Assembly (NCBI GenBank): GCA_016748015.1
Contig: JAAOMT010000175.1
Location: forward strand, 36,610 to 100,609
Direction: 5' to 3'
Source: Geosiphon pyriformis uo1
Taxonomy: Eukaryota; Fungi; Glomeromycota
Length of the DNA: 64,000 nt
Under the pieces are notes generated by a model. That model was not told where the DNA came from. It did no database searches and worked only from the letters and a program-made list of their open reading frames with translations. This document shows, in pieces, positions 10,479 to 21,714 of this stretch. The position numbers and the translations under genes were made by a program. Position 1 is the stretch's first letter. Each line of letters begins with the position of its first letter.

Positions 10479-11792
10479 TTATACTTGATTTTTGCTGATT
10501 AATTGGGTTGGTATTACCACAACTGGTAACCAATCAAGTCATTTGTGATATTTCTTGAATTATGTGCCATAAACAGGACAATTATTAAAGATTGTTCCAT
10601 ATTGATCTTGTAAGATATAAGAACCATTGTTCAAAACTTTGTTGACTATAAAGGGTTCTTTCCACCAGCTAGAGAATTTATCACCATAGACATTGTCTCT
10701 GTCTAAATGGTATTTCAAAACTAAGTCACCAACACTTAAGGAAAGTGTTTTATATGTTTTTTTTTTCTTAAGCTTTTCTTGAAACTGTTTTATCTTTTCA
10801 AAGGCAATTATCCATGTCTCTATCAATGAGTCAAGAATGGTACCAAGTTTTCTTTGCAAAATGTCTTTGTAATTCTCTATTGTGATTTCTTCAAAGAGTA
10901 TTGTTTCAATATCAGTTTCTATTGGTAGTGTTGCCATTCGTCCATAGAACAGATAAAAGAGTTTATAACTTGTTATGTCATGGTTCACAGTTCTATAAGC
11001 AAACAAAGCTGAAGGCAGTACTTTGTCCCATAAGTTTGTTTCTTTACTTGTTTTGGCTAAGATTTCACACAGTATTTTATTGAAACATTCCACTAGACCA
11101 TTTGTTTGGGGGTGATAAGAGGAGAAAAGTTTGTGATGTATTCCCATTTTTTTACAAAGTTCTTCAACAAGTGTACTGAAAAAAGCTCTTCCTCTATCAG
11201 ATAATAGTTCTTTGGGGCAGCCATAATGGCAAATAATATCTTCATATATGAAATTGGCTATTGAGACTGCTGTTTGGTCTAAAGTGGCTCTTGCTTCTAC
11301 CCATTTTGTAAGGTAGTCAGTAGCTGTGATAATGTATCTTTTGCCATTAGGAGTTATTGTTAAAGATCCAACAATGTCTATATTAATTCTGTCAAAGGAT
11401 TGACCAACAGAGATTGGATGGATATCTTCTTTGCGATTGGGTTTTCCTCTTCTTTGGCAGGTATCACAGGTTTTAATGTAATCAGCAATGTCTTTTCCCA
11501 AGGTAGACCAATAATAGCAAGCTAGAGTTTTCTGGATTGTTTTTGTTTTTCCAAAGTGTCCAGCTAATGGATCAGTGTGCATGTTGTAGATTACAATTTC
11601 TCTTTCTTTAAATCTAATAACTCTCTGGAAGTGGTCAAGATCTTTTCTATTTCTTTTATAAAGTTGGTTCTGGCAAATCAAATAGAAATTTGATTGTTTA
11701 TGCAATTGTTCTCTTTGTTGTCATGTGTATTTCGGTGGGTATTGTTCTTTACCCAAAAATTCCATTAAGGCAGAATAGTTGTCCAAGTCCAT
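10479..11792 (-). pseudogene. B integrase (stand-alone ORF)
   Basis: HTDPLAGH...CDTC zinc finger; IDIVG, LSDRG, YHPQTNGLVE; GPF-like KEPFIV; starts MDLDNY. Confidence 0.9.
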
Positions 11793-11860
11793 TATTGTGT
11801 GTGTTTGTGGGGGAGTTACTAATAATTAGGTTGGTTTGGTTTGAGAGGGTTGTACTGTCA

Positions 11861-14560
11861 CTAGATGGTAAGTTTGGAGAGAGCGTTAGCATTTTGATGA
11901 TTAGTTCCTTTGCAATGTTGAATATCATAGTCGAATTCATCCAGGTGGAATATCCAGCGAGTTATCTGTTTGTGTTCCAGCTTCTTTTTGTTGTGCAGCC
12001 AAACCAGAGCTTGGTGATCTGTTACCACCAAAAACTTCACACCAAGAAGATACTTACTCCAGTAGCTGATAGACTATACTACTGCTAAGCATTCTTGCTC
12101 AGTAACTGAGTAGTTCTGTTCTGCTGGGGAGAGGGTTCTACTGGAATATGCTATAACATGTTCTTTGTCATCTTCATCTTTCTAAGATAGGACAGCACCA
12201 AGTCCAAAGCCAGATGTATTAGTGTAGAGAATAAAGGGTTAATCCAGGTCAGATTGCTTGAGAATAGGTTCTGTAACCAGTTTTTTCTTTAAAATTTCAA
12301 AGGCTTTTTGCTGATGTGTACTCCAGTGGTAATTGACATTTTCCTGAGTAGCTGATTGAGAGGAGAGGCGATTTTGGAGAAATTCTTGACAAATTCTTGA
12401 CAAATTTGCGATAATAAGAAGCCAAACCAAGGAAAGAGCATAGTTCATGAATATTCATTGGCTGTTTGATGTTCTGGACTTTTTCAACTTTGGCTGGGTT
12501 AGAGAAGATTCCATCTTTTGTAATAAGATGTCCAAGGAACTGGGTAGATTGACGACCAAAGAAAGATTTGATTGAGTTGATCTTGAAACCAGCATTTCTG
12601 AGGAGGTCAAAAACCTTTTGCAAATGTTCAAGGTGTTTATTCCAGGTTTTTGAGTATACCATTATGTCGTCCAAATAAACCAGAACAAAGTTTTTTTTCA
12701 CTGATTCAAATACTTTGTCCATTAAGTGTTGGAAAGTGGAAGGGGCATTGGTGAGACCAAAAGGCATAACTGTGAATTCATAGGTGTCATACTTGGTGAT
12801 AAAGGCAGTTTTCTTTCTGCTTTTTGGATCCATCTCTATTTGCCAAAATTCAGCAGTTAAGTTAATGGTTGAGAAGAAAGCAGCATCTTTGAATTGGTCT
12901 AACATTGCATCAATCTTGGAAAGTGGGTACATGTCTTTTTCAGTGATGGCATTTAATTGGTGGTAGTTAACACAGAAGCATAGTGTTCCACCTTTCTTGG
13001 ATACTACTACAATTGGGAAAGCCCATTCACTCTTGGTTTTTTGTATGAATCCAAGTTTTTTCATCTGGTTTATCTCTTTCTTGATGAATTCATTATTGTG
13101 GCAATTGGATTGATATGGTTTTAAATAGATGGGTCGAGTTTCTCTGGTTGTGATGGTGTGTTGTATTACATGAGTTCGTCCAGGGGTATCATCTTCTTTT
13201 GAGATAACTGGGCTATTTCTAGCCAGCAGATTTTCAATGTCTATCTTTCTTTCTTCAGAGGAGAGTTTTCTTTGTTCTACAGCCAGTGATTGGATCTTAG
13301 GTGGTTCATTCTCAAAAGACTTCTGTATTTTTTTCAATTCTTCTCTGGGTATCAAACTAATTGGTTCTCAATCTTTGTAATAGATCAGGCATAATTTGCA
13401 TTTGTTGCTTGAAGAATACAAGGGTTTGTTGCACCAGCATTGGGCACAAGGACCATGTCACCAAAAACTGTATTTGGCTTTCTTGCCAGGTTTTCTTTCA
13501 AAGATTCTTCTAAGGATATCATAATAAGGCCAACAGATCAGCTTGTCATTTACAATGATTTCTTCTTTGTCTGCTTTAACATTGTCTAGTGGTTTGCTAT
13601 TGCTGGTGAAGGTAGTGTAAGTGAGTTCAGCAGTTTCTTCTTGTTCTTCTTATTCTTCTTCTTCATCGCTCTCTTCATCATCTGATTCATTTGATTGTTC
13701 TTCTTTTTGGTTTTGTTTGAGTACTGGGGGAATTGTTCAATGGCAGCACTTAACTACAATGGGTTTCTCACCACATCTGATGGTTAATTCACAAAGTTTA
13801 TAATCAAGCAAAGCTTTTGCTTTTTTGAGCCATTCATTGCCAACAATGATGGTATATTCCTTGGCTTTAGAAACTTCTATGTCAGTTTCAATGCTGATTC
13901 CATTGATGCGGACAGGAACAGCTTTGGCAATACCCAGTCTTTTCTTTTTGTCACCATGTACATTGGTCATTGGTCTGGTGGAAGGTTCATCAATCTTTCT
14001 ACCAATTGCTTCCAAGAAGTGTTTGGCAATGACACTAACAGATGATCCACTGTTCAGGATTAAATCAATAAAGTATCCAGCTACTTGGGCTTTACAAATC
14101 AGAGGGGTGACATTGCTGTTGTCAGCAAGTCCAGCTTGGCAAAGGTGCTTGTTGGTTTTTGGTGTCTTTTTCTTTAAAATCAAGAATTTGTGAAGATCTT
14201 TTCTGAACTGTGGGTGGGTCATTAACTGGCCAAAGATAATATGTGCTGGGGTTTCCATGAGATCTTTGACAACAGAATAGGGTCCAGATTTTTGTACAAT
14301 TTCTGGGGGTTTCAACTTTGGAGGATTCTTAAAAACTTTAGCTTTTGGTGGCTCATTGTTATTAGTGGCAGAAGTTGAGGCTTTGTTGGGGTCTAGAACG
14401 AAATCAACCTTGGCTTTTTTCTTCTTCCTTGTTGATTCTAAGGTGTTGATTGGTAGTTCATCCATGTCATGGTCATCATCAGTTAAGTTAAAAGCATAAA
14501 AAGGGTTTTCTTCTGGTTGGTTTGCACTCTCACCCTTTGGAAGTGCACCTACCAGTTTAA
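11861..14560 (-). pseudogene. pol: B pol: protease, small Cys cluster, RT, RNase H
   Basis: LILNSGSSVSVI; CAQCWC...CKLC; MPFGLTNAP, VYLDDI; ends NANALSKLTI*. Confidence 0.92.
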
Positions 14561-14561
14561 A
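14523..14561 (-). promoter_or_regulatory. Predicted -1 ribosomal frameshift signal between B gag and pol
   Basis: T TTA AAC in register, 7-nt spacer, stem TGCACTT/GAGTGCA; -1 frame leads into MDELP ORF. Confidence 0.8.
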
Positions 14562-16102
14562 GACTGGTAAACTGTGGCTTCAACTAGGAGATCCTCTCCA
14601 AAGAAATTGATGTTGGCATGATTGGGTCTTTGATTGGGGGCATTGTTGTTATTGATTCTGTTGTTTTGGTTGTCATTGTTTCTAGGAACTGGAGGAGACA
14701 AAGGAGGATTGTTGCAATCTCTGGAGAAATGTCCAGTTAATCCACATTTATAATACACAGGAGGACCACGATTTTACTGTCTTTGGTAAGGGGATTGCTG
14801 AGGCTGATTAAAATGGTTTTCAAATCTGGGTTTTTGTGGTTGTTGGTTATCTCTAACTGCTTGGAGTAATAGTTCTAATAGCTGAGCAAGATTTGCTGTA
14901 AGTCTATCTATTAATTGTTCATTTGGATCTTGTATCTGGGCAGCAAAAGAAGTAGCAGCTATTTAAGGAGTAGGAGCCATAATAGGAGCAAGAGCAAAAA
15001 CTGGAAATGTGGATCCCAAATGCATTCTTTGATTGTTTTCAATTTTTTGGGCAAGTTCAATGGCCATATCTATAGTGAGATTATTTTTTAAAGCCAAGAG
15101 AGGCCAAAGAGCATATGATAAATCAGTTTTCAATCCTTTTGTAAAGGAGTGGATCTTTTGCTCTTCAGTCCAGTTTCTACCAGAATCTACACACTTGATA
15201 AGTTTTCTGATTGCTTTGGCATATTTGGTCACAACTTCACCAGAACCTTGGGTTCTTCTTTCTAATTCTATACGTCATTTAGATATTAAGATAGGAGTTC
15301 TGAATTTGTTTTCAAACTGGGTAGTGAAAGAGATGTTGTTTTCTCCAATATTTGCTGAGGTCTATCTAACAATTCTTTGTTAAGCACCAGCATTGGTTTC
15401 TTGTGAAAACCAGGTAGCAGGGGAGTCTTAGAGGTAGCCACCAACAATTTGGAACTTGTATTCATTATCATACTGGTTTGCAGTAGTTGCTCTTTCAAAA
15501 TCATTTAACCATTCAATTGGATCTTGTGTATCACCTCTAAATAGTGGTAGTGGGATATTGTTTCTTCTTCCTAGAGCAGTTTGTATATCTTGGAGGGTGG
15601 CCAGAATGTTTGCTTGCATGGGATTATTAACCATTGGTTCAGGGGTAATTGTTTGTGTAGATGAGTCTGATTTGTTTGATAAAAGGTCAAAAATAGGGGC
15701 AGTTTGGTAGCTTTCTTCTTCTGTTTCAAAGGAAGTTTCAGTTGCTTAATGGGCAGCAATCCAAATGTGGATTTGATGATTCAGATATTCAAAATCAGGG
15801 GGCTGTTGTTCAAAGGTTGCAAAATATAAGAGCTGATTAATACTGTTGTTTCTTTCTTCAAAGTTGTCTTCAAAATAAGCTTGGTCAAAGTAATAGGTTG
15901 TATAAGCTGTATAGGTTTCAGCTGAATGTTTGTTCAGAAACCAGTTCCAAAAGTCTTGGAATTGTCTGCTGGATTGTTTTTCAATAGGAAAGCAAATTAA
16001 GCAGGAGGGCAAAAGATTGAGTTCAATAAAGTCTAGATCGTTTTTGTTGTGTGCTTTAAAGTGTTCTTTTGATTGTTGTGGCAGGTATGAATAATCACCC
16101 AT
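14549..16102 (-). pseudogene. gag: B gag
   Basis: LPLFRGDTQDPIEWL capsid; KCGLTGHFSRDC knuckle. Confidence 0.88.
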
Positions 16103-16131
16103 ACAATAGGAAACAAAGTGGATTTTGACAA

Positions 16132-16148
16132 CCTCACAAGAAGCACCA
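16132..16148 (-). promoter_or_regulatory. PBS of B
   Basis: TGGTGCTTCTTGTGAGG, 6 nt from the LTR end. Confidence 0.75.
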
Positions 16149-16154
16149 CTTTTA

Positions 16155-16810
16155 TGTTATGGGTTGGAGTAACAAGCTAACGGATAGCAAGGGAGAACAA
16201 GATTGTAGGGTAATGGAAATAATCAAAAGGGAATTCAACTTTAAAGAGCAAATTGAATGAGTATAGATTCAATGTGCAAGATCAGTCTTATAAAATATTT
16301 CAGTCACTATTCTTTTCAAAGGTAACTGGAAAATTTGAAGATAGAAGAATAGTCTGTACTGTCAACAATTAATCACCACTGATATAATTCTATGCCTTTA
16401 CATCAGCACTCTTAGAATTCAATATCAGGTATCAACTTGTGCTTTTCAGTCATGTTTATTTAAATAGTCTTCAAATACTACAATTTATTTAAACAGAAAA
16501 AGGCCAACAAGTAATCTTTTATCCTAAGATGTTTAGATACTTGAAGGTAGAGAAAGGGAAATTAGCGATAAGAGAGTGATTGAAATAAAAGTTGTTATTT
16601 TTATTTATTTGATTCTTGTCTGAGAGATGATTTTCTACAGCTAAAAGACTTATCACTTATATATCTATTGAAAGTGGTCAATAATCAGGTCAACAATTAG
16701 GTTAATAATTAGGTCAATAATCACTATCTAAAAATAGAATGGCTAATTATATGACATTAGTGGCTAATACATGTGATAACTAATAAAAACTATGGATTTT
16801 AACTGTAACA
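16155..16810 (-). repeat. 5' LTR of B
   Basis: Direct repeat of 9156-9811. Confidence 0.95.
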
Positions 16811-17419
16811 GTAGCTCAGTTAGTATCAATGGGAAAAAGAGAAGAATTAGGGATAACGGCTAAAGGAATACAAGGATTCGGATCCATGAATAGAATAGAC
16901 GTACCAGTTAATATGGCAGAAAAAAAAATTATTGGCCAAGGAGAAATTATCTCAACTGGTCAAGTAATTTTCATTCCACCATATGACCAGTACATAGTAG
17001 TTATAGAAAGAAAAGTGAAAGATAAGGATCAAATTTTTGAAGCAGAAACAAGCCTTTGTGAATCAGAAGAGATTAGACTTATCAATTTCTACATACCAGC
17101 CAAAAGCCACAACCATATTAAAATTCCCATTTACAACACAACAGGAAATGCCATCACAATACCAGAAGGAACCATCATTGGATACATGAACACTGAATTA
17201 GAAAATCAACCACCAAGCATTATTCCAGATTTTCCATAACTATGTGGATATGTGAATATCACATCACAAACAATTTACAGACGAAATAAATATTATTTGC
17301 TCCAATCAGAACAATTAGAACAAATGAACATGGGAAATTTGGATTCACTTCAATGTATACAACTTAAGATGTTACTCAACAACTTCAACGACATCTTCAC
17401 TAGTGAAAACAAATTTGGC

Positions 17420-18724
17420 AGGACTGACATTATTCAACATCAAATTAAGACTAGAGATACTATGCCAATTAAACAATGAGCATACAGAGTACCACCAGCC
17501 AGCCATGAAATTATCTGTCAAAAGATCAACCAAATACTTGACAATGGACTAATTCAGCTATTTATAAGCCCATAGTCATCACCAGTGGTACTCGTCTAGA
17601 AGAAGAATGGAAAGATCAGATTTTGTGTGGACTACAAAAAATTCAATGAAGTCACTCGTGGAGACAGCTATTCAACTCCATGAATCCAGGAGCTATTCAA
17701 TGCTTTTGGAGGAAATAAATGGTTCTCAACACTAGATCTAGACAGTAGATACTGGCAGGTAGTCATGGATTCAGCAGACAAAAAAAAAATGGCTTTTATG
17801 ACAAGAGAAGAGAATTTTGAGTTTGAAGTCATGTTATTCGGCTTGATAAATGCTCCAGCCATATTTCAATGGTTAATGGAAATAGTATATACTGGCTTAT
17901 TGTGGAAATCAGTAGTAGTCTATTTAGACAACACCAATGTATTCTCAAAAACATTTGAGGACCATTTATATTATCTCCAACAAGTGTTTGAAAGATTAAA
18001 AAGAGCTGGATTAAAATTGAATACAACAAAGTGGTTTTTTGGCAAAACAGAACTCAAGTTCTTGGGACATATAGTAAGCAAAGACAGTATCAAGACAGAT
18101 TCGAATAAGATAGAGATAGTAAAAAAATTTCCAGTATCAACCAACATGACCAAGTTAAAATTATTCTTGGGATTGGCAGGCTATTATTGCCACTTCATCA
18201 AAGACTTCTCTAAGATAACTCAGCCACTTAATCATCTCTAAACCAAGAATGTAAAATACGAATGGACTGAAACCCAGCAAAAAGCATTTGACATCTTAAG
18301 AAGAAAGCTTATTCAAGCTCCAGTGTTGATCTATCTAGATCACAGTAAACTATTCATTATTATTACTGATGCATCAGATCAAGCATTAGAAGCAGTACTA
18401 TCACAGAAAGGATCAGATGGAAGAGAACATCCAGTTGCATATGCCAGCCGAGATTTAACACCAGCCAAAAAGAACTATAGAACACCAGAATTAGAACACT
18501 TAACAATTTATTGGGCAGTCATGAAATGGAAAAAATATTTAAGCCAAAAGTTTGAGGTGTACACAGATCACAAAGAACTGACATCACTCCAAAAACAAGA
18601 ATTTGGAGATGACAGACAATCAAGATAGAAAATGGCACTCTCGCCATATACTTATATCATACATTATAAAAAGGAAAAAGACAACAGAAATGCTGACGGT
18701 TTGTCATGAATAAGACAAATCTAA
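17420..18724 (+). pseudogene. pol: A reverse transcriptase and RNase H
   Basis: RFCVDY, LFGLINAP, YLDNT (decayed YLDD), TDASD, VYTDH, NADGLS*IRQI*. Confidence 0.92.
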
Positions 18725-18793
18725 GAATGTTTCAACCCAAAAAAAAAAAAATATAACAAAACCAAACCAAACTCAATGAAAATATAACAAAAA

Positions 18794-20170
18794 ATGAACA
18801 CCCAAAAATACCAACAACTCAAATATTATATAGATACTCGACAGTTTAAGGAGAAATTATCTCAATCGGAACAAAATAGTATCAAACAACAATCAAAATA
18901 CTTTATTACACACCAAAACATACTTTATCGGAAGAATAGAAAAGACCCAGATCAACCAACCAGAGTAGTTACAGAGCCAGAAAAAGAGACAGTACTATTT
19001 AACATGCACTCAGATCTAACAGCAGGACATTTTTATAAAGAAGTAACTATGGAAAGAACTAGAAAAAAATACTACTGGCCATCAATATATTTAGACATTA
19101 TCCAATATGTTCAAAATTGTGATGCTTGTCAAAAAAGAGGAGGAAGCAGACCCTGTGAACCACTGAAACCAATCAAAATAGGACAACCATTCAATCACAT
19201 CAAAATTGACTTAGTTAGACTATTAACAATTACCAGCAGAAAGAACAGATACATTGCAGTAGCCATAGACTATCTCACTAAATGGCCAGAAGCAAAAGCA
19301 ATTCAAAGAGTGGATGCAGAATCCGTTGCCAAATTCGTCCATCAAGATCTGATTTGTTGACACAGATGTCCAAAAGAATTATTATCAGACCAAAGAACTC
19401 ACTTTGTAAACAGAACACTAGCAGAATTGAGCCAAAGATTCGGAATTAAAAGACCACTATCATCACCATATTATCCACAAACAAATGGTTTAGTTGAAAG
19501 ATTTAATAGAACATTGTGTAAAGCAGTTGCTAAACTCAGCCAAGAAAACCAAGATGAATGGGATTTGTTCATACCATCAGTACTATTTGCTTATCGGACA
19601 ATAAAGCAAAATACTACACAAGCAACACCATTTAAATTAGTATATAATAGAACAGCAACAATACCAGTTGAGATAGAAGTTAACACATATCCAACTGAAT
19701 CAATAACAGAAAAAAATTTCCAGAAAATACTGTTGAGAAGAACATATGACTTAATAGAAATATTGGAAAACAAACAAAGAAGAGCAGCTGATAATATTCA
19801 AAAGTCACAAGAAAAACAGAAAGAAAGACATGATAGTCAACTACCAGACAAACCAGTGGAGTTCAAGATTGGAGACAAAGTACTCTTACATCATACCAAA
19901 ATGGAAAAACAATAGAGTGGAAAATTTGACCCCAAATGGAATGGACCATTTCACATAGAAGAAATTCTTGAAAATGGAGCTTATAAATTAAGATGGGACA
20001 ACAAAATCTTAGCCAAAGCAGCACATGGTGATCAACTGAAACCATATCACCATACAGTGTCACTATTCACCAATAACATTCCACAATTAGGAGTACAATA
20101 AATACTAGTTCAACCAGATGAGATTCCACAAGATCTAAAACCAATCATAATCATTGGACCAAACATGTAA
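18794..20170 (+). pseudogene. A integrase (stand-alone ORF)
   Basis: MNTQKY...HSDLTAGH...CDAC; YYPQTNGLVERFN; WNGPF; no chromodomain. Confidence 0.92.
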
Positions 20171-20211
20171 AATCAAAGACACAGTATATGCAATAAAGAC
20201 AACTAAGAAAA

Positions 20212-20847
20212 ATGGAAATACCAGATCATATTCACACCATAGTTCAACAATTATTCCAGGCCTTAAATCAACAATCTTTAGACATGGAAGTTATTGTTAA
20301 CAACCAAACAATTTGCTATCAAAACACCAAAAGAAAGATAAAGAATACACCATATTAGTGAGTACCAAAGAATAATAAAAACTGGTCAGACAACATAATA
20401 GAAAAAGTAAAAAACACTTTTGGGAAAATACTTATTATAGCACCAACAGAAAAACTTACAAAAGAGAATTGGAAGCAATGGACAGAACAACTTCCAATAT
20501 CATATTGCTACTATTAGCTAGGTCGAAAGTTGAATATTTAGAAGTTGTATATCAACAAATTCAAGAGAGTATTTAACCAAAACATAATACAGCAAATTAA
20601 AAATTTTATTGGGAAAAAAACAAACTCAACACTACATGTGAGAACAATTTATTGACTGCACAACATATTTCAGAATTATTCAGAAATACTGTTACACTCA
20701 GACATGGAAACCATAACTATTAACCAATGGGGAAGAATGAACAATACACAAGTAGAAAATGTGAAGAACAGAGTCGAACAAACAATACTTGAAAAAAAAG
20801 TATTAGAATTAATTCAAAATGAAGATTTCAACAGAGCTCAATATTAA
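20212..20847 (+). pseudogene. A ORF3 (unknown function, ~211 codons with internal stops)
   Basis: MEIPDHIHTIVQQLF...; homologous to ORF3 of C and G; ends at the PPT. Confidence 0.75.
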
Positions 20848-20860
20848 AAGGAAGAGATAA

Positions 20861-21608
20861 TATTACTCATAAAAAGAAAACAGATATAGCAGACCAATAA
20901 GAGAATAGTATTTAGCATATGAGCATATTGTTCAGCAATGTAAAGCAATGTCAGAAATCATGGCACATTGATCAAAAAATCATAGCACATCACTTGGAAA
21001 TGGGAGTGATCTCATAGAACATCAATTATGTATATATAGCAGTAGCATTAGAAGTAGAAAAAGCAGAATTCTGTAGTTAAAAATCTTCTATTTTCACAAA
21101 TATTGAATAAATAAATTATTTACCATCCAAATTCACTCTTCACTATCAACACTCCATGTTGATAGCAATTAATACTTAACCATACTAAAACAATAGCTCT
21201 TGATCATGGCTATTGACAGATACTAACTTGTGTATTGCCTTGGCTTATTTCTTGATTTTATTTTCTTGATTTTTTTATTACTAACTCTTTTGAGAATTAA
21301 CATGTGGGGTATTGATGTCAGGATATAGCACTGGTAAAAGACCCAGGAATAAGGGTAGGACACTCAATTGAGGATAGCTTACCAGCAAGAATACCGGCCA
21401 TCAAGCTAAGAAAGAAATTGATGAAACTATGGTTTTAGGAAGCTATGGATAAAACCATTGCAATTGAATCTCTGTTCATTATACAAAAGACTCAACCAAA
21501 ATCTTCAGATAACAATACCTTCAGATATTTCCAACAACATTATATCAATTGAGCACCAAGTTATGGGTTTGTTATTTGATTTGAGACCCCAAATAATCAT
21601 TTGTAACA
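20861..21608 (+). repeat. 3' LTR of A (PPT 20846-20860)
   Basis: TATTAC...GTAACA; 99 bp shorter than the 5' LTR, mainly by repeat loss. Confidence 0.95.
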
Positions 21609-21714
21609 GCGTTTTTGAAAAAAAAGTTTTTTTATTTTTGTTAGTTTACATATTAACATTTTTTTACCTAATAATTTTTTTATTATAGAGTTGGAGACTG
21701 CTTTGAGTGACAAC

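Larger units (their letters stand above)
9156..16810 (-). mobile_element. Ty3/Gypsy LTR retrotransposon B (full length, no dUTPase), nested in A dUTPase
   Basis: 656-bp LTR pair; TSD ATAG/GTAG; removal restores LVRIAQLVSMG. Confidence 0.95.
8815..16890 (+). pseudogene. dut: A dUTPase, split by B (8815-9155 and 16811-16890)
   Basis: FDLRYP, ASRSSLA, GGIINASY, KIAQ and, after removing B, AKGIQGFGS: the five trimeric dUTPase motifs. Confidence 0.9.
3929..21608 (+). mobile_element. Ty3/Gypsy LTR retrotransposon A (full length, dUTPase-bearing), interrupted by B
   Basis: Paired LTRs, PBS, PPT, TSD GCAT/GCGT, order gag-PR-dUTPase-RT-RH-IN. Confidence 0.95.

Noticed and set aside
13825-14193. Antisense ORFs over pol, gag and LINE ORF1 (also 1639-2169, 11690-12088, 15033-15383, 34107-34448)
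   Set aside because: Shadow frames of real coding strands, not conserved between families
18722-18793. Stop-codon readthrough into integrase in A (spacer is 69 nt, in frame)
   Set aside because: Equivalent spacers in B, C and G are out of frame, and the A spacer contains an unstable poly(A) run
4777-20847. Alternative genetic code to explain frequent in-frame TGA/TAA/TAG
   Set aside because: Stops fall at Arg, Trp and Gln positions as expected from C>T/G>A decay and differ between copies
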